In this document: piece by piece, positions 59,040 through 64,000 of the stretch
Layout of the letters: every line of letters starts with the position of its first letter
How positions within the stretch are numbered: the first letter of the stretch is position 1
Origin: Acidobacteriota bacterium
GTDB lineage: Bacteria; Acidobacteriota; UBA890; WLXD01
Assembly (NCBI GenBank): GCA_963666215.2
Contig: CAXWPL010000005.1
Location: forward strand, 416,001 to 480,000
Length of the DNA: 64,000 nucleotides
Reading direction: 5' to 3'
Notes under the pieces: model-generated
What the model was told of the DNA's origin: nothing
The model's database searches: none
The model's input: only the letters and a program-made list of their open reading frames with translations
Made by a program: the position numbers and the translations under genes

Positions 59040-61802
59040 ATGAGCGCACATTCGATTCGCGATCCCGGCCGGGCGGCACGGCTGCTCGACGCCCTGCGAC
59101 GCGCCCTGCTGCCAGCCGACCTCATGGCTGCGCACGGGCGAGACATGCACGAGGCTTTTTGCGATCTGCACGCAGAGGCAGTCGCTTCGGCCCGGCCACT
59201 GGCTCGCTGGAACCTTTTCGAACGAGAGCTGCGCTCGCTGCTGGCAACGGCCGTACGCACGCGCCACACCACTCGCACTCTCAGCCGATCACCAAACTTC
59301 CCCCAGAAGCAGGCTCCCGACATGTTCGACAATCTTCTGCAAGACCTCCGCTACGCACTCCGCAGCCTGCGCAAGAACCCCGTCTTCACGGTTGTCGCCG
59401 TGCTGACCTTGGGCGTCGGCATCGGCGCCAACACCGCGGTCTTTTCCGTGGTCAACGGCGTGCTGCTGCGTCCGCTTCCCTACGAGGAGCCCGACCAACT
59501 GGCCGTTCTGTGGACCAATTTCGGTGAGGATCTGCCGCAGAACTGGGTCTCGGGACCCGAGTACCTCGACCTCCGCGAGCACAACACGGCGTTTGAGGAA
59601 ATAGCCGTTCTGAGCACCGATTCCGGCGCCTTGACCGGTGACGGTGATCCGGAGCAGGTATCGGTCGCTACCGTATCGGGCGGTTTCTTCGAGATGCTGC
59701 GCGTCCGCCCTCAGATGGGACGCTTGCTCGCTCCAACCGACGACATCGACGGCGGCGCGGCGGTCGTCGTTGTCGCCGACGGGTTCTGGCGACGCCGCTT
59801 GGGCAGCGATCCGGACGCCGTTGGTTCGAAGCTGGTGCTCGATGGCGAGCCCTTCACGGTGATCGGTGTGCTCGAGCCTGACTTCGCTATCCACCACCCG
59901 AACATCTCCAATCCCGCCGGTCTCGATATCTGGGCGCCGCTGCAACCCACCTACCACACCAGCTACGCGAGCCTCGGGCGTGGCAGCCACTTCCTTCTCG
60001 GCTTCGGTCGGATGCGCGCGGGTGTGGATGTTGCGCAGGCACAAGCCGATCTCGACGCCGTCGCCACGAAGATGGCCGACCTTTACCCCAACTCGTACGT
60101 CTTCGACGGCTGGGGCCTCACGGCGTATTCTCTTCACGATGATCTCGTCGAGGGCAGCCGTGGCGGCCTCGCCATGCTGCTCGGCGCGGTTGGCTTCGTT
60201 CTGCTGATTGCCTGCGTCAACGTGGCCAACCTGCAACTCACGCGCGCCGTCATACGCGGTCGTGAGATGGCCTTGCGCACCGCCCTCGGCGCCGGCCGCC
60301 GACGGCTCTTGCAGCAGCTGCTCACCGAAAGCCTCGTTCTCGCAGGGCTTGGTGCCGTCGTTGGTATTTGCCTCGCCTTCTGGATGGTGCGCGCGTTGCT
60401 GTTGGTGGCCCCGGCGGGACTGCCACGCGTCGACGCTGCCGGCCTCGACGCCAGTGTTCTTCTCTTCGCCGCCGCGCTCACCTTGGTGACCGCCATCCTG
60501 TTCGGAGCGGCGCCCGGGCTGTTCGCCAGCCGCGCGCGTCTGGCCGACTCGCTGAAAGACGGCAATCGCACGAGCGCAGCCGCCGCCGGAGGGCGCGCCC
60601 GCGGCGCGCTTGTAGTGGCCGAGGTAGCGCTGGCACTCGTGCTGCTTGTAGGAGCTGGACTGATGTTGCGCAGCTTCAGCGAGCTGTTGCGAACCGACCC
60701 CGACTACGACACCGAGTCTCTCTTGACGATGCGAGTGGCCCTGCCTCAGTCGCAGTACGAGGAAGAGTCGGCTGCAGTGTTGTGGGACCAGCTCCTCGAG
60801 CGCATCCGTGCGTTCCCCGAGGTCGTCGAGGCAGGTGCCACCTCTGCGCTACCGCTGTCCGGCTACGGCGGCTCCGGCACCACATTCGCCGAGGAAAGCA
60901 GTGGCGTTGAGCTCAGTCCGAACGCGCCATTCCCGTTCATCGAAGCCGATCGGCGGTGGGTAACCCCTACCTTCTTCGCCGCGAGCGGCATGCGGCTACT
61001 CCGCGGCCGCCTGTTCAGCCAAGCCGACAGCAGCGATGCCGCGCCCGTGGCCGTAGTCGACAACGAGTTCGCGAGGCGATTTTGGGGCGAACAGGACCCC
61101 CTCGGCCAACGAGTCACCATCAAGTTCTCCGCCGACGAGGAGACCGGCAGCATGATCCCGGTCTGGAGTGAGGTCGTCGGGGTCGTTCAACACGCTCGTC
61201 AGCGCGGTATCGATCGCGTGGGACGCGAGCAGCTCTACTTGCCGGCGCTTCAAACACCGCGCTTCGCAATGCACTTGGTGGTGCGTACGAGCGGCGATCC
61301 CGCGGCGGTCACCGCCGCGGTTCGTCGAGAGCTCTCGGCCCTCGACGTGAGCCTGCCGATCTCCGACCTGCAGACGATGCAGGAGCGCGTCGCCCGTTCT
61401 GTGGCCGGACCGCGCTTCCAGTCGATACTGCTCGGAGCGTTCGGGGCCGCCGCACTCCTGCTGGCGGCGATCGGTTTTTACGGCGTCATCGCGTTTTCGG
61501 TTGGCCAGCGAACCAACGAGATCGGTGTTCGCATGGCGCTTGGCGCCGACAGCGGCAGCGTACCCTCGCTCGTGCTGCGCCAGGCGATGTTGCTTGTGGC
61601 GATCGGACTCGGTCTAGGCCTGCTGGCGGCGTTCGGGCTGACGCGACTGCTGACCGACCTGCTGTACTCAGTGAGCCCGAGCGATCCGCTGACCTACGCG
61701 GTTGTCGCAGCACTGCTGAGCGCGGTGGCGTTGTTCGCCTCGTGGGTGCCGGCCGCACGGGCCACCAGAGTCCAGCCCGTAGCCGCGCTGCGCGACGAGT
61801 AA
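59040..61802 (+). CDS. ADOP (acidobacterial duplicated orphan permease), MacB/FtsX-type
   Basis: LLQDLRYALRSL, LGVGIGANTAVFS, LLIACVNVANL, RTNEIGVRMALGA, PVAALRDE. Confidence 0.93.
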   Translation: MSAHSIRDPGRAARLLDALRRALLPADLMAAHGRDMHEAFCDLHAEAVASARPLARWNLFERELRSLLATAVRTRHTTRTLSRSPNFPQKQAPDMFDNLLQDLRYALRSLRKNPVFTVVAVLTLGVGIGANTAVFSVVNGVLLRPLPYEEPDQLAVLWTNFGEDLPQNWVSGPEYLDLREHNTAFEEIAVLSTDSGALTGDGDPEQVSVATVSGGFFEMLRVRPQMGRLLAPTDDIDGGAAVVVVADGFWRRRLGSDPDAVGSKLVLDGEPFTVIGVLEPDFAIHHPNISNPAGLDIWAPLQPTYHTSYASLGRGSHFLLGFGRMRAGVDVAQAQADLDAVATKMADLYPNSYVFDGWGLTAYSLHDDLVEGSRGGLAMLLGAVGFVLLIACVNVANLQLTRAVIRGREMALRTALGAGRRRLLQQLLTESLVLAGLGAVVGICLAFWMVRALLLVAPAGLPRVDAAGLDASVLLFAAALTLVTAILFGAAPGLFASRARLADSLKDGNRTSAAAAGGRARGALVVAEVALALVLLVGAGLMLRSFSELLRTDPDYDTESLLTMRVALPQSQYEEESAAVLWDQLLERIRAFPEVVEAGATSALPLSGYGGSGTTFAEESSGVELSPNAPFPFIEADRRWVTPTFFAASGMRLLRGRLFSQADSSDAAPVAVVDNEFARRFWGEQDPLGQRVTIKFSADEETGSMIPVWSEVVGVVQHARQRGIDRVGREQLYLPALQTPRFAMHLVVRTSGDPAAVTAAVRRELSALDVSLPISDLQTMQERVARSVAGPRFQSILLGAFGAAALLLAAIGFYGVIAFSVGQRTNEIGVRMALGADSGSVPSLVLRQAMLLVAIGLGLGLLAAFGLTRLLTDLLYSVSPSDPLTYAVVAALLSAVALFASWVPAARATRVQPVAALRDE

Positions 61803-61869
61803 GCCGGCACAGCAATCCCAGCGCGCGCCTGCAGACCCCGGTCGAGCCCGGGCGAGAGGAACTGAGCCC

Positions 61870-62805
61870 CTACGACCCGGCGGGCGTGAGCCGATCGCCT
61901 TCGGCGGCCTCCCCGCCAATGAGCTTGCAGATCGCCGACTGCGAGAGCACCCGGGTCACCTCGAGCGTGCCGACCGTGTCCATGATGCGGTCGAGCACCG
62001 TGCCGTCAGCCGCTTTGATCTCCTCGACGACGCGCTCGATCACGAAGCGCTGGCCCACGGCCACGCCGTAGTTCTCGCCGCGATCGATGTAGATGTTGCT
62101 GTCGTCGCGGTAACCAACGATGGACGCTGGCGGCACCACCGGCTTGAGCGAAGAAAGGTCACCGGCGCCGCTGATGATCTCCTCAACGGCCTCCTCGACT
62201 GCAGGCCTCAGCGCCTCTTGCGCGATGCCGGCGTCGTAGCTCTGCTTGAAGTTGACGTTCTTGTAGCCGGCGCCACCGAACCGCTTCTTGCCCACGCCCT
62301 CCGCGACAACCATGATCTCGCCGGTGACGGTGTTCACCAACCGCACGTCGACCACGCTCTCGGCCTCGGAGTAGGAGGCGCTGAAACGCCCGATGCCGCC
62401 CGACTTGGTGTCGATCGAGAACTTCGTGATCGAGCCGGTGAGAACGAGCTGTGCTCCGAGAAGTTGCCCAACCTGAGCCGCCGTCGACGTGGTCACCCGG
62501 CCGCTGGCTCCCAGATCCTGCTCGAGCAGAATCGCCTCGAGCTCGCGCCGCTCGATGACGGTGAACCGCTGCGAGCGAACGAGCTGAGTGGCGAACTCGT
62601 CGGCAGCCGCCGCACCCAAGTTGTCGCCCCAATATCTCCAGGTGCTGTTGTTCTCGAAGTTGATGACCGCGATGCGAACGCGCTCCTGCGCCGGCGAGCC
62701 CCGCGTTTCGGCCGGCGGCGCGACGGTCAACACCGCAACCAACAGCGTCAATGCGAAAGGAGCGAGATAGCGGATCGACAGCTTCGAGACAGCGTTGCGA
62801 ATCAT
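61870..62805 (-). CDS. CsgG/HfaB family protein
   Basis: RIAVINFEN, RFTVIERRELEAILLEQ, GSITKF, VDVRLVNTVTGEI; FlgT-like C-terminus. Confidence 0.85.
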   Translation of the reverse strand: MIRNAVSKLSIRYLAPFALTLLVAVLTVAPPAETRGSPAQERVRIAVINFENNSTWRYWGDNLGAAAADEFATQLVRSQRFTVIERRELEAILLEQDLGASGRVTTSTAAQVGQLLGAQLVLTGSITKFSIDTKSGGIGRFSASYSEAESVVDVRLVNTVTGEIMVVAEGVGKKRFGGAGYKNVNFKQSYDAGIAQEALRPAVEEAVEEIISGAGDLSSLKPVVPPASIVGYRDDSNIYIDRGENYGVAVGQRFVIERVVEEIKAADGTVLDRIMDTVGTLEVTRVLSQSAICKLIGGEAAEGDRLTPAGS

Positions 62806-63315
62806 GACCCCTCCTGGACCTGGTCCAAAGTACGATGCAGCACTGATCCTACCTGACTCTGAGCGCGTTCTACAGCCTCGCTGTGAGTCATTCGGAAACA
62901 GTGGCGCCCGCCTGGTCGCCGCTGTTGTGGATCGGCGGCGACATCGAGCCGCCCTGCGCAACGAGGTTCTCGCCATGTCCGAGACAGACGAGCTCGTCCG
63001 CGGGATCGATACGGGCAGGCGCCGGTGTACGAAGTGGGTTCACGGAGCGGCGGGTTGCGGGGTCCGGGGGACGCTCGAGACGAGCTCGAGCCGGAGACTA
63101 TCACCGACCCCGCGGACCAGCTCGGTCGCCGTCGGCGGGAACCGGAACTGCAACCGAGAAATCTGCGAAGCGCTCGGCCGTAGGCCCGCACACAACTCGA
63201 GAAACGCTGCGTGGGCGGCGTTCGTTCCGTCATGGCGCTCATGCTCGCATCGTTGCGGCGAGCCGATAGCCCGGCTACGCTTCCGCTCCACCCACTCGAA
63301 ACCCGAGGCAGCCAC

Positions 63316-63785
63316 ATGAAGTGGAGGCAGGCGCGCCGCAGCTCCAATGTCCAGGACCGACGCGGCCAGTCACCGCGCATGAACCGGGCCGTTCCAATAG
63401 GCGGCGGCGCCATTCTGCTGCTCGCTCTCGTAAGCCTGCTGCTGGGCGGCGATCCCGCCCAGGTGATCGAAATGGTGGGTGGCGCCGGTGGTCTGTCGGC
63501 TCCCGCGCCGCAGCCAAGCACAGGCGACGGCACCGCCTCCGACGAAGCCGGGGCGTTCGTCGGAGTCGTGCTCGCCGACACCGAGGACACCTGGGGCGCC
63601 ATTTTCCAGGCCGCGGGACAGCGCTACCCGCAGCCCAAGCTCGTGCTGTTCACGGATGCCGTTCAGTCGGCCTGCGGCATGAACTCGACTGCAACCGGGC
63701 CTTTCTATTGTCCCGGTGACCAGCAGGTCTACATGGACCTGGCTTTCTTCCGCGAGCTGCATCAGATGGGTGCCCCTGGCGACTC
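63316..63785 (+). pseudogene. Neutral zinc metallopeptidase (YpfJ-like), truncated before HExxH
   Basis: MKW..RRSSNVQDRR, DTEDTW, SACG..GPFYCPGD, GAPGD; then an abrupt switch to opposite-strand PQQ sequence. Confidence 0.8.
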
Positions 63786-64000
63786 CGGAAGCGCCAGGGC
63801 AACAATCTCCGCGGGGTGATCGCCGCCACCCACCGACATGACGACGAACTGACGGCCGTCGAGCCTGTAGGTCATCGGCAGCCCCGTCTGGCTGGCGGGC
63901 AAGTTGATCTCGGCGAGCACCTCACCCGTCTGCTTGTCGTGAGCCCGAAAGATCGGCGCGCCACCCCACCCCTCGCCGGCGAAAAGCAACGTCTTGGTCG
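63762..64000 (-). CDS. C-terminus of PQQ-dependent dehydrogenase (partial at window edge)
   Basis: TKTLLFAGEG, FRAHDKQTGE, PMTYRLDGRQFVV, ALALP. Confidence 0.8.
   Translation of the reverse strand, partial: TKTLLFAGEGWGGAPIFRAHDKQTGEVLAEINLPASQTGLPMTYRLDGRQFVVMSVGGGDHPAEIVALALPESPGAPI

Noticed and set aside
62830-63310. Possible small genes or ncRNA between csgG and the peptidase
   Set aside because: The ORFs lack motifs; only a 12-bp match (GCCCTGCGCAAC) to the hairpin element, too short to call
1-64000. CRISPR array or cas genes
   Set aside because: No regularly spaced 25-40 bp repeats with unique spacers and no Cas motifs were seen

Overview
GC-rich (roughly two-thirds G+C by eye) bacterial window, most likely Acidobacteriota, because it has a PadR + ADOP duplicated permease pair, several VPS10/BNR propeller proteins and a choice-of-anchor B protein. 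The left 20 kb is a peptide/amino-acid scavenging region: two VPS10-type propellers, M28, M24 and M19 peptidases, two APC permeases, an ornithine cyclodeaminase family enzyme and a B12 radical SAM enzyme. The 20.3-34.4 kb stretch is an integration hotspot with two parts. The first is a tandem series of integrase-less segments delimited by tRNA-fMet 3'-half att cores with identically spaced IHF-like motifs and arm repeats; they carry cysK, selO and an mrr remnant. The second is a ~4.7 kb capsid-less phage-satellite-like element (HGGxSTG/terS-like gene, cI, cro, rep, dnaC, xis, int) abutting the 5' end of tRNA-Leu(CAA). The right half holds ilvA, secreted multidomain enzymes, a BamA/TamA-like gene split by IS256, a DEAD-box helicase, a desaturase, PadR-ADOP and CsgG. 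IS activity is high: two apparently identical IS481 copies plus a solo end, two IS256 copies, and IS256, IS5, IS1182 and IS3 remnants. Many abrupt gene-fragment junctions and frameshifts could reflect genome decay or assembly/amplification artefacts. All calls come from motif reading by eye; no database searches were run.
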